From a virus (Duplodnaviria > Caudoviricetes), in the IMG/VR virus record IMGVR_UViG_3300017766_004283, positions 1 to 29,254 of that record: a DNA stretch of 29,254 nucleotides; one strand, 5' to 3'. A model generated the notes under the pieces. It made no database searches and was not told the DNA's origin. It worked only from the letters and a program-made list of their open reading frames with translations. Both the position numbers and the translations under genes were made by a program. Of this stretch, positions 1-8,230 are shown piece after piece. Positions within the stretch are counted from its first letter, which is position 1; each line of letters opens with the position of its first letter.

Positions 1-259
1 AGAAGGACAAATAAAACAAGCAGCAAATGGTGTTTACTATAAATTTACAAATGGAAAGTGGATAAGTATTCATGCGGGTGGAAATGCTTCCATTCAAAAT
101 AATATACCATCGTCTTCAGTTGCAAAAGCTGAATTTACTCCACTTCCAATTCAGAATCAGAATTATAATGCTCTTGCAAAATATGATCCCACATCAGATG
201 GAACTAGTTCGACTAAAACAAATATTGTCATGATCCGTCAAATTGAACAAGTAGGGTAA
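1..259 (+). CDS. 3' end of an upstream virion/baseplate-region protein (partial; frame 2, ...EGQIKQAANGVYYKF...IVMIRQIEQVG*)
   Basis: Open frame from base 2 to TAA at 257-259, read by hand. Absent from the ORF track because it is 5'-truncated. Position before the gp27-like gene suggests a hub or tape-measure-region protein. Confidence 0.7.
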   Translation, partial: EGQIKQAANGVYYKFTNGKWISIHAGGNASIQNNIPSSSVAKAEFTPLPIQNQNYNALAKYDPTSDGTSSTKTNIVMIRQIEQVG

Positions 260-262
260 ATA
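255..262 (+). promoter_or_regulatory. T4-type late promoter variant (GGTAAATA)
   Basis: TAAATA core overlapping the upstream stop, about 20 nt before the ATG at 283. Confidence 0.5.
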
Positions 263-282
263 ATACATAAGAAAAACAAAAA

Positions 283-1596
283 ATGCAGAAGATAAACCCA
301 AGAGAATTTAGAATCAAAAGTAGAGACGGAAAATTAGAAGAATTTTCCGAAACTGCCATTACAACATTTACTTATTGGGAAAGCATTCTATCTACTTCTG
401 TTCAGGCAACCATAAATTATGTTGATACTGGAAGTAGAAGTTCACAAAATCAATCTTCTGGAACAGAATCAGAAGGATTGGATATCCAAGGAACAGAAAA
501 AATATACTTGTCTTTTTATGACGAAGATAATAACCAATTAAGATTTAATACTGATGTAACTGCTTTAAGAATATACAATGGAAATCCAGTACTATCCGAT
601 ACAAAAAAAGAAGTAATCTCATTTAATTTATGTACTACTGAGTACTTAAAAAAGTTTTATACTGATTTCTATGTGACTAGATTTTATGAAGGAAAAATAT
701 CTGATTCTGTAAACAAAATTTTAAAATCAGATTTGAAAACTAAAAAACCTGTTTTTATAGATGAAACTTCTAATACTTTAAGATTTTATGGTCATGTGGA
801 TTGGACTGCGCAAGACGCTTTACTCTGGTTGTCAACACAATCTATACCAAACTTACCATCTGCGAAAGGTAAAACTGCAGGCTATTTCTTCTATGAAACA
901 TCAGAAGGATTCAAATTTAAGTCTATTGATGTCTTACTTGGACAAGAAGCAAAGAGGACATATATTTACACAAATACAAATGCAATTCCTTCTGGGACAT
1001 CATCAGGAAGAAAATACGAAAAAATATTGACCACTCCTATATTCAAATCTTCTGTAAATGCAGTAGACTTAATTAAAAAGGGAGCATATAATTCCAAGAC
1101 TTATGTATTTGATCCAGTATATGATCGTGTTAGATCAGTCACAACTGACAAATCAGATCAAGAAAAAGGAATAAAAATGGCAGGTAAGTCAATGCCAGAT
1201 TTTATTGACCCAGATTTAACTGGGACAACAAGAATAAATTTTACCACTAAAGACTTATCTTTACTACCAGGAGTAGATGCAAAAGAGCAACTTACTAGAT
1301 CTAATGAAGAAAATTTAGTGGTGACTGATATTGTAAACCAATCTCAGATGCGATATCAGCAATTATTTGCCATTGAACTTTCATTCACAATTTTTGCTGA
1401 TTTGACACTACATGCTGGAGATGTAGTTGAGTGTTTCTTCCCAGAAATATCTTCAAAAGCAACTCAACCAACGAGTTCAAAAAAATCTGGACTATATATG
1501 ATAGTAGACTTATGCCATTTCATCTCAACCAATGGTCCATCATACACTACATTAAATTTGGTTAGGGATTCTTATGGCAGGAGAATTAACAAATGA
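283..1596 (+). CDS. Baseplate hub protein, T4 gp27-like
   Basis: 437 aa. Motifs YWESILS, GYFFYETSEGFKFKSIDVL and C-terminal LHAGDVV...SGLYMIVDLCH...TTLNLVRDSYG are typical of gp27/late-control-D hub proteins. Lies just upstream of the gp5-like gene. Confidence 0.75.
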   Translation: MQKINPREFRIKSRDGKLEEFSETAITTFTYWESILSTSVQATINYVDTGSRSSQNQSSGTESEGLDIQGTEKIYLSFYDEDNNQLRFNTDVTALRIYNGNPVLSDTKKEVISFNLCTTEYLKKFYTDFYVTRFYEGKISDSVNKILKSDLKTKKPVFIDETSNTLRFYGHVDWTAQDALLWLSTQSIPNLPSAKGKTAGYFFYETSEGFKFKSIDVLLGQEAKRTYIYTNTNAIPSGTSSGRKYEKILTTPIFKSSVNAVDLIKKGAYNSKTYVFDPVYDRVRSVTTDKSDQEKGIKMAGKSMPDFIDPDLTGTTRINFTTKDLSLLPGVDAKEQLTRSNEENLVVTDIVNQSQMRYQQLFAIELSFTIFADLTLHAGDVVECFFPEISSKATQPTSSKKSGLYMIVDLCHFISTNGPSYTTLNLVRDSYGRRINK

Positions 1597-1805
1597 AAAC
1601 TAAAATCTACGATACTATTCTAAGAATAGAAAAGGAATTAGATTCCGAATGTTCAAAGCAAAGAAGAAGGCATTTGGAGAACGAATTAGAGAGACTATTA
1701 GAGTACATCCAACACAATCCAGATGTAGAGTTTACTCCTACTTCACTGGAATTATTCTGCGACGAAAATCCTGAAGCATTAGAATGTAGAATATACGAGG
1801 AATGA
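1593..1805 (+). CDS. cp12: CP12 Calvin-cycle regulatory protein (cyanophage auxiliary metabolic gene)
   Basis: 70 aa. C-terminal PTSLELFCDENPEALECRIYEE matches the CP12 LExxC-x8-C-xxYE/D motif, and QRRRHLENEL resembles phage CP12s. ATGA overlap with the upstream gene. Confidence 0.88.
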   Translation: MKTKIYDTILRIEKELDSECSKQRRRHLENELERLLEYIQHNPDVEFTPTSLELFCDENPEALECRIYEE

Positions 1806-1809
1806 TTAA

Positions 1810-4509
1810 ATGAGTTTAATTCGAAGTGGAGCTTTTAGTGGAGCGAACCAATTTGGGTATTATGGCGATTATGATGCGGTTGTAGTTGAATGTAGCTGGA
1901 CATCAGAAACTGATGCTGGATTGAAGCAAACACTAGAAGAAAAACTCAAAGACAAAGATCAAAACGGAAATCCCAAGAAAATTGCAAAAAGAGAAGTAAG
2001 GGTTAGAATAAGTGAGATTCATACGCCAGATGCAACTTCTCTTCCAAATAATAAATTACCTTGGGCAGAAGTATTATCATCCTTAAATGGTGGTAGCGGA
2101 TATCTATTCACTGGTGTTCCACCACAAGTTTCAGTTGGGGATTCAGTAATAGTTAGATTTAGAAATGGAAATGTAACTAAACCTGTTGTAACTTCTGTTA
2201 AAGGTAGAACATTTTATGAGGATGCATATCCAATAAATTATGACCCCAAAAATGCTCTAGATGCATATGCAAATCCTCCTATTTTATTAGGAGTTCCAAG
2301 TGTTCCAAATTATGGATTCTTAGACGCAAATCTTTTCAATTTCAACACTGCAGAATTTGCCATAAAAGATAATTGGCATGTAAATATACAACCATTTGAA
2401 ACTGATTTGGCTGTACCTTGTGCAAATGAAGTCAATGATGCAACTGAAGTAAAAACAGCTATTTCAAATGCAATCAAAGAAATAGAAAGATTCAGAAGAC
2501 AAGTAAACCAATTTGCAGCAAATAGATTAAATTTTATAAATGAAATTCAATTAAAAATAGACAAATACGCAGATATAATTTCTGGTTGGATTTCAGGTAA
2601 AATAAAATGGTTACAAGAAGAAATATTAAAAAAAATAAATGCAGCGTCAGTTGCTACAGCTAATGCTCTTCCATTGAATGCTAGATTTCCGATCAGGGAA
2701 GGACAAAACATATTAGTACAGGCAATATACTGTCTATTCAATAAAATATTAGATAAAATAACAGATGCTATCGTAAATTTCTTATTGGATTTAGTTGATA
2801 GATTTATTTTAGTTCCTTTATGTGCAATTGAAAATTTATTACAATCATTGTTGAGTAAAATACTAGGATTGATTACATCTGTTTTAGGTGCAATATCTTC
2901 ATTGATTGGATCCATTTCTGGGCTAGTCGATCAAATTTTATCTACTATAATTGATCTTCTTTCGTTGTTCAATTGTGAACCACCCAATAAATGCCCAGAT
3001 GTTAACAAGTGGAATCTATTAGATGGCGCTGGAGACAATGCACAAGGATTCGAATTTGATATAAACAGTATACTTAAGAAGGCAGAAAGTTTTGCCGATC
3101 AAGTCGGTAATATCGCAAGATCAGTTTACGATCCTGATACTGGAGAACTATTGGGTATTGATATTGATGATTTCGATTTGAATCTAAATGATGCTTTAAG
3201 TGATTTATCTTGTAGTGGTGCTCCAATTTTATGTGGTCCACCTAAAATTGTATTTTTTGGTGGTGATGGTTCTGGTGCAACGGGAAATACTATAATCAGT
3301 TCAGCTGGAGAACTGTTGGGTGTAGATATCACTGGAACTGGATCTGGTTATTCAAATGCTCCCTTTGCATCAATTGTGGATGATTGTGGTAAAGGTAAAG
3401 GAGCCGTAGTAAAAACAAAAATTGGAATTGTTCCACCTGATCTAACTTTTACTGCTAGAGCCATAGCAAATGGAGTAGTAGAATTAAATTGGAAAACAAA
3501 AAGAGCTAAAGTTGTGGAAACTAATTTTGGCTCATCCTTATTATCTGGGACTATAAATGTAACTCCAACACAAGATACAACATATACAGTGAAGGCAATC
3601 GGTAAATATGGTCAATATAGAGAGAAGTCAGTAATAGTAAGAATTAATAATAATTCTTTTGAATACCCAAAAGAAGAAATCACCACGCTCGATATTAATA
3701 GTGTTGTAGAAGACATATACGATAATAATGACAGTGGAACTACAGGTCCTAAAGAAGATAGCCCAACAAATACAGATGGTGGAGGTTCTGGTGGAGACAC
3801 AGAATGTCCACCAGAACAACCATTTATATCAAACCGTAGGATACCAACTAAAATAGATCCAGAAGATCTTGGAGTCGTTTCTGTTTTAGTTGTCGATCCT
3901 GGTTATGGATATTTACCAAGTCCAGATGGAAGTCTTGGTGGAGAAGGCAGAACATGGGCAAATCCAGAAGATACTGTAGTAAAAAGAAAAGATGGAAGAT
4001 ATGATCTTCCATATCCACCAAATTCTGTAGTTGAATTAAATAAATGTGATTTTGTGCAGCCACCAGGAGAAGATCCATTTAGACCAAATGAAGATACTGA
4101 ATACATCACACCAGAGCCTCCGGTAGGATATGGAAGAATAATTCGTGGATCTGAGCCTAGCTTTGGTGATGGACGATATAATGTTATTCTTTATATTTGT
4201 GAGGTTGAAATTTTAAATGCTGGAATTGGATATTCCCCAACAGATACAATAAAAATTGTTCCTGATAATGGTGCTCAATTACAACCAACTTTCGATAAAA
4301 ATGGATCTTTAATTAGAGTTACAATTGTTGCTCCTGGAAGTGGATTTTCACAATTTCCAAGCATTTTCATTGAGTCTAATACTGGATTTAATGCTCAGAT
4401 GGTACCCAAATTGTGTGTAGAAAGAGTAGGGAATCTAACTGAAGATGATCCAAATAAATATGATGGTAAACAAATTATTAGTGTAGTTGACTGTGTAGGT
4501 AGAAATTAA
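1810..4509 (+). CDS. gp5: gp5-like baseplate hub/central spike protein (N-terminal OB-fold-like region, helical middle, Gly-rich repeats; no lysozyme domain evident)
   Basis: N-terminal VRVRISEIHT...LPWAEVL...PQVSVGDSVIVRF..GN...PVV resembles the gp5/VgrG OB region. Also CGPPKIVFFGGDGSGA and GSGYS repeats, ending IISVVDCVG. Follows the gp27-like gene. Confidence 0.7.
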   Translation: MSLIRSGAFSGANQFGYYGDYDAVVVECSWTSETDAGLKQTLEEKLKDKDQNGNPKKIAKREVRVRISEIHTPDATSLPNNKLPWAEVLSSLNGGSGYLFTGVPPQVSVGDSVIVRFRNGNVTKPVVTSVKGRTFYEDAYPINYDPKNALDAYANPPILLGVPSVPNYGFLDANLFNFNTAEFAIKDNWHVNIQPFETDLAVPCANEVNDATEVKTAISNAIKEIERFRRQVNQFAANRLNFINEIQLKIDKYADIISGWISGKIKWLQEEILKKINAASVATANALPLNARFPIREGQNILVQAIYCLFNKILDKITDAIVNFLLDLVDRFILVPLCAIENLLQSLLSKILGLITSVLGAISSLIGSISGLVDQILSTIIDLLSLFNCEPPNKCPDVNKWNLLDGAGDNAQGFEFDINSILKKAESFADQVGNIARSVYDPDTGELLGIDIDDFDLNLNDALSDLSCSGAPILCGPPKIVFFGGDGSGATGNTIISSAGELLGVDITGTGSGYSNAPFASIVDDCGKGKGAVVKTKIGIVPPDLTFTARAIANGVVELNWKTKRAKVVETNFGSSLLSGTINVTPTQDTTYTVKAIGKYGQYREKSVIVRINNNSFEYPKEEITTLDINSVVEDIYDNNDSGTTGPKEDSPTNTDGGGSGGDTECPPEQPFISNRRIPTKIDPEDLGVVSVLVVDPGYGYLPSPDGSLGGEGRTWANPEDTVVKRKDGRYDLPYPPNSVVELNKCDFVQPPGEDPFRPNEDTEYITPEPPVGYGRIIRGSEPSFGDGRYNVILYICEVEILNAGIGYSPTDTIKIVPDNGAQLQPTFDKNGSLIRVTIVAPGSGFSQFPSIFIESNTGFNAQMVPKLCVERVGNLTEDDPNKYDGKQIISVVDCVGRN

Positions 4510-5114
4510 TGGGACAAAAAGCAAATCCCTATGTCAATAGAGTAGGAAATAAAGATGGTGAAATTAGATTTGGTAATATAGATGATAATAATACTTTATC
4601 TGGTGTAAGTATTCGTAATGGATTCCCATTTCCAATTGCACATTACATGCAAATGGATTCTACGGGAAAACTTGCTGGTGGAACTATAAATCGTTGTCCT
4701 GGTGTGTATCAAATCAAATGTGGAGATTATCCAACTGATGATGTTGCATTTGTTTTACATGCAGTAGATGGCGATATTATCATTGGCGCACCAAGTGGAA
4801 GAGTAAGAATCTTTGGTGAAACAGTTGATATTATAGCAACTGGTGGTGGCACATTAAAAGGAAATATAAATATCTCAGCAAATAATAATGTAAATATTGA
4901 TGGAAAACAAATTAATGCCAAAGCAACAGCGGCAATGAAATTTGTTAGTTCTGGATCTGGATATATCACAGTCAGTAATAATTTATATCTAAGTGCTTCA
5001 TTTATTAAAAATAATTCTGGAGCTGCAGTAAAAATTCCACCAAACTTTACTGGAAATACTGGTCCACTAGAAACAATACAAACACTAAAGAAAACATTAT
5101 CATCATTTTTGTAA
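4509..5114 (+). CDS. Spike-associated beta-helix-like virion protein (gp5 C-terminal-like)
   Basis: 201 aa with short beta-strand repeats (GDIIIGAPSGRVRIFGETVDIIA, GNINISANNNVNIDGKQINAKA). Overlaps the gp5-like stop codon. Confidence 0.55.
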   Translation: MGQKANPYVNRVGNKDGEIRFGNIDDNNTLSGVSIRNGFPFPIAHYMQMDSTGKLAGGTINRCPGVYQIKCGDYPTDDVAFVLHAVDGDIIIGAPSGRVRIFGETVDIIATGGGTLKGNINISANNNVNIDGKQINAKATAAMKFVSSGSGYITVSNNLYLSASFIKNNSGAAVKIPPNFTGNTGPLETIQTLKKTLSSFL

Positions 5115-5117
5115 ATT

Positions 5118-6029
5118 ATGTCAGACTTTAATGCGATTAATGTTAGTGACCAGGTAGCTATATCAGCAAATCCAGCTGGTATTGGTCCACCAATACCAAT
5201 TCCAATTACATTTAATCCTTTAAGTGGATTTCTACATGTAAGTGGTGCATCATTACTTGGGAATCCATTGGGATATCCTGGACCATTAGGAAATGTAATG
5301 ATCGGACGCAGCTCCGATTTGAAACTTAAGGCATTACCAATGCTTTATGTTAGAAGTACGCCAGATCCACCAACGCCAAGAGATGTTGTGATTGGCGATC
5401 CAGTTGGTCCTGTTGGAATTGCGGTAAACTCTCTGATTATCAATATACTTAATTCTAGTTCAATTAATGTGAATTCTCCATTATTATATTGGTCGGGAAT
5501 AAAGAATTTACTTGGCGCAGAAACAATCACTGGAGCAAAAGCTCAAACTGGTGCTGAGGCAAGATCTGGACTAAAAACAATTAATGGATCTACAGTCATC
5601 AATGGAAACCTAGATGTAATTGGTAGTCTTTCTTGTAGGAATGTTGATCTAGTTGGTACTATTAATGTACAAGGCTGGAAAGAATTTGATATCCCACATC
5701 CAACAAAACCAAATCATAGATTGGCTCATGCATGTATTGAAGGTCCTGAAATTGGAGTCTATTATCGAGGTAGATTAAATAACAATAACATAATTGATCT
5801 ACCAGATTATTGGAGAGGATTAGTCGATGCTGAATCAATATCAGTTCAATTGACACCACATGAATGCTACCAAGAATTATATGTAAAAGAAATTCAATGG
5901 GGAACTAAAATTATTATAACTAATAATTCAGGTGGTCCTATAAATTGTAGCTATGTTGTTTTTGGTAAGAGAAAGGATGTACCAGATTTAGAAATAGAAT
6001 ATGCTGGAACTGAAATGAAAAGGAGATAG
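5118..6029 (+). CDS. Virion spike/fibre protein with C-terminal chaperone-like domain
   Basis: 303 aa. Beta-repeat region (INGSTVINGNLDVIGSL) followed by KEFDIPHPTKPNHRLAHACIEGPEIGVYYRGRL...LPDYW, a C-terminal domain common on phage fibres. Confidence 0.6.
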   Translation: MSDFNAINVSDQVAISANPAGIGPPIPIPITFNPLSGFLHVSGASLLGNPLGYPGPLGNVMIGRSSDLKLKALPMLYVRSTPDPPTPRDVVIGDPVGPVGIAVNSLIINILNSSSINVNSPLLYWSGIKNLLGAETITGAKAQTGAEARSGLKTINGSTVINGNLDVIGSLSCRNVDLVGTINVQGWKEFDIPHPTKPNHRLAHACIEGPEIGVYYRGRLNNNNIIDLPDYWRGLVDAESISVQLTPHECYQELYVKEIQWGTKIIITNNSGGPINCSYVVFGKRKDVPDLEIEYAGTEMKRR

Positions 6030-6031
6030 TA

Positions 6032-7486
6032 ATGGCAGTATCAAAAAAAATTAAAGACGATATTAGTAAAAAAAGAGCACAAAAAGAAAAGAATATTGAG
6101 AATTACAAGCAAGAGATATTGGTCGTTGACGCAGAAAAAGAACCATATGATGATGCTACAAAACAATTAGATCTTGATATACTAGCTTCGATTGAGAAAG
6201 TAAATAAATCTATATACGACACTCAAGCTGCATATCAAGCTAGAATAGATTCTGGCTGTTATAGTAATCTATATTGGAGCGTAGTAGGTTATACTCCAGG
6301 AGATACAGTAGTAGATATTATAGTGGTTGACTCTTCGTCATCTAATTATGTTGGACCAATATCATATGTACAGCCTGTAACTGGAAATATAATAACACCG
6401 TCTGGAAATGCAAAAGTAGGTTTAACAACACAAAATCTTTATGGATTGAAGTATTACGATCAACCATATCTTAAAGATATTGGCGACACTACTCTTGGTA
6501 CTTTTGTTGGATTAATAGGACTTGGTTCAACTGTTCTTACGATCATATCTCAGACTCCAGACGATTTAATTGTAGGATTTGAAACTGGAAATGTTATTAC
6601 ATGCTCAAAGAATGGTGTGTTTCCATCTACGACAAATACTATTGTTGGATTTGGCACTACTGTTGTTAGTGGAATATCAACTGCTTTAAATGAAGTCATA
6701 GGAGTGACAACAGACCCATTCTATACTGTTTCCCTTATCTTGAAAGATTCCACGATTGGATTTTCTTCATTACCAGAAGCAGATGGATCGTATGTAGATT
6801 ATACCGTTGTAATTTCCCCAGAAGATTTTGAAAAGCAGAATCCAAGATTTCGATATGAAATTAAGACATCGAAAGGTTCAGATAAGAATAAGAAATTTAC
6901 AAAAAATCCATTTTCGCCAGAAACAATTGGAATTTTAAATAATAATACTGCTGGAACTGGATATAAAGTCGTATTGGATAATTCTGGATATCCGTCTGCA
7001 ACACAAGAATGGAAACCAGAATTAAAGGGAATAACAAGAGATGGAGAAAAAGTAAAAGAACCCAATGTTGGTGCTGGTAGAATATATTTTAAAACTGGAT
7101 TTGCCTACCGTCCAATTGTTCCAGGTTTAGGAGGTGGAACACCAGCACCTGAAGGAACAACCATAACTGGAGCTTCTATTTCAACACTAAACACTTACTA
7201 TGAAGCAACTCCATCTTGCTCTTCTTCAATAAATAATCTTGTCAATTCTGCTGCTGCAAATCAGGCAATAAAAGAATCTTCTATATCTGGTCCATGTGTT
7301 ACAAATATAGAAGATGTCGCAAATGCAATGCGAGATGAAAGAAATGAATATGCTCTAAGAATATGGGGAATGCGCCAATCTATCGGAAATCAAAATAATG
7401 AAATAGATAAATTGGAGGCTCTTGATATATACTTAAACCAAAGTTCGCCAATCATCGATGGTGAATCATCATCTAATTGTGTATAA
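6032..7486 (+). CDS. Hypothetical virion structural protein (coiled-coil termini)
   Basis: 484 aa ORF in the structural operon, with charged heptad-like N- and C-termini and a GTT/GIST-rich core. Confidence 0.6.
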   Translation: MAVSKKIKDDISKKRAQKEKNIENYKQEILVVDAEKEPYDDATKQLDLDILASIEKVNKSIYDTQAAYQARIDSGCYSNLYWSVVGYTPGDTVVDIIVVDSSSSNYVGPISYVQPVTGNIITPSGNAKVGLTTQNLYGLKYYDQPYLKDIGDTTLGTFVGLIGLGSTVLTIISQTPDDLIVGFETGNVITCSKNGVFPSTTNTIVGFGTTVVSGISTALNEVIGVTTDPFYTVSLILKDSTIGFSSLPEADGSYVDYTVVISPEDFEKQNPRFRYEIKTSKGSDKNKKFTKNPFSPETIGILNNNTAGTGYKVVLDNSGYPSATQEWKPELKGITRDGEKVKEPNVGAGRIYFKTGFAYRPIVPGLGGGTPAPEGTTITGASISTLNTYYEATPSCSSSINNLVNSAAANQAIKESSISGPCVTNIEDVANAMRDERNEYALRIWGMRQSIGNQNNEIDKLEALDIYLNQSSPIIDGESSSNCV

Positions 7487-7488
7487 TT

Positions 7489-7743
7489 ATGAAGAATACA
7501 ATTTACGAAGTCACAGAAAATACCGTATCAGTTAGAGGAAAATTGATACATTCAAATCAAATTGAATTGCCAACATCTTGGAGAGACACAATCGACCCAA
7601 GAACAATCACAGTTACATTGACTCCTGTTGGCTCATATCAAAATTTAACTGTAAAAAGAGCAGATTCAGAGGAAGTTATAGTACAATCAAATGGTTCTAT
7701 TCCTATTGATTGTTATTATCATATATCTGCAGAGACTAAATAA
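7489..7743 (+). CDS. Stand-alone copy of the chaperone-like domain found at the C-terminus of 5118..6029
   Basis: ATG at 7489 preferred over GTG 7477. VRGKL..SNQIELPTSWRDTIDPRTITVTLTP..YQNL.V...PIDCYY aligns by eye with YRGRL..NNIIDLPDYWRGLVDAESISVQLTP..YQEL.V...PINCSY. Confidence 0.7.
   Translation: MKNTIYEVTENTVSVRGKLIHSNQIELPTSWRDTIDPRTITVTLTPVGSYQNLTVKRADSEEVIVQSNGSIPIDCYYHISAETK
7735..7742 (+). promoter_or_regulatory. Late promoter variant (ACTAAATA)
   Basis: TAAATA core about 22 nt upstream of ATG 7765. Confidence 0.5.
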
Positions 7744-7764
7744 CTTATAAAGTGTTTATGTAAA

Positions 7765-8187
7765 ATGCCATATATAGGAATTAACACTGGAACTACACCG
7801 AATGATGGAACTGGTGACACTTTGATTCAAGGTGCAGCTAAAATAAATCAACAGTTTCAGGAATTATATAATAGTATTGGAGTAAGAAATTACACAGTTA
7901 CTAATACCAGTAAAACAATTGATTTAAGTGAATTTTGTGTTGTGACAGCTGCAGGTGTACAATTGCAGTTACCTTCTGTGCAAACTAATGGATCTACAGT
8001 TCAAGTTTGCGTTGCTGGTACATTCACAAACACTCAGGTTTTAAGACCGACTGCTCTTGGTTCTGGAGTAAAAATCATGGGTCTTGAAGAAGATTTTACA
8101 ATAGATCAATCAAATGTAACTGTTACTCTAGTTGGAATACAGACTATAACTGGTACTCCAAGTAGTTTTGATTGGAGATTAGTTTGA
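7765..8187 (+). CDS. gp9-like baseplate wedge/tail-fibre connector-type protein
   Basis: N-terminus GINTGTTPNDGTGDTLIQGAAKINQQFQELY is the T4 gp9/gp10-type N-terminal signature. Ends ...DWRLV. Confidence 0.7.
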   Translation: MPYIGINTGTTPNDGTGDTLIQGAAKINQQFQELYNSIGVRNYTVTNTSKTIDLSEFCVVTAAGVQLQLPSVQTNGSTVQVCVAGTFTNTQVLRPTALGSGVKIMGLEEDFTIDQSNVTVTLVGIQTITGTPSSFDWRLV

Positions 8188-8200
8188 TTATACTTTTAGA

Positions 8201-8208
8201 AATAAATA
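8201..8208 (+). promoter_or_regulatory. Late promoter variant (AATAAATA)
   Basis: Intergenic, about 22 nt upstream of ATG 8231. Confidence 0.45.
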
Positions 8209-8230
8209 AAATTAATTAACATATAATCTG

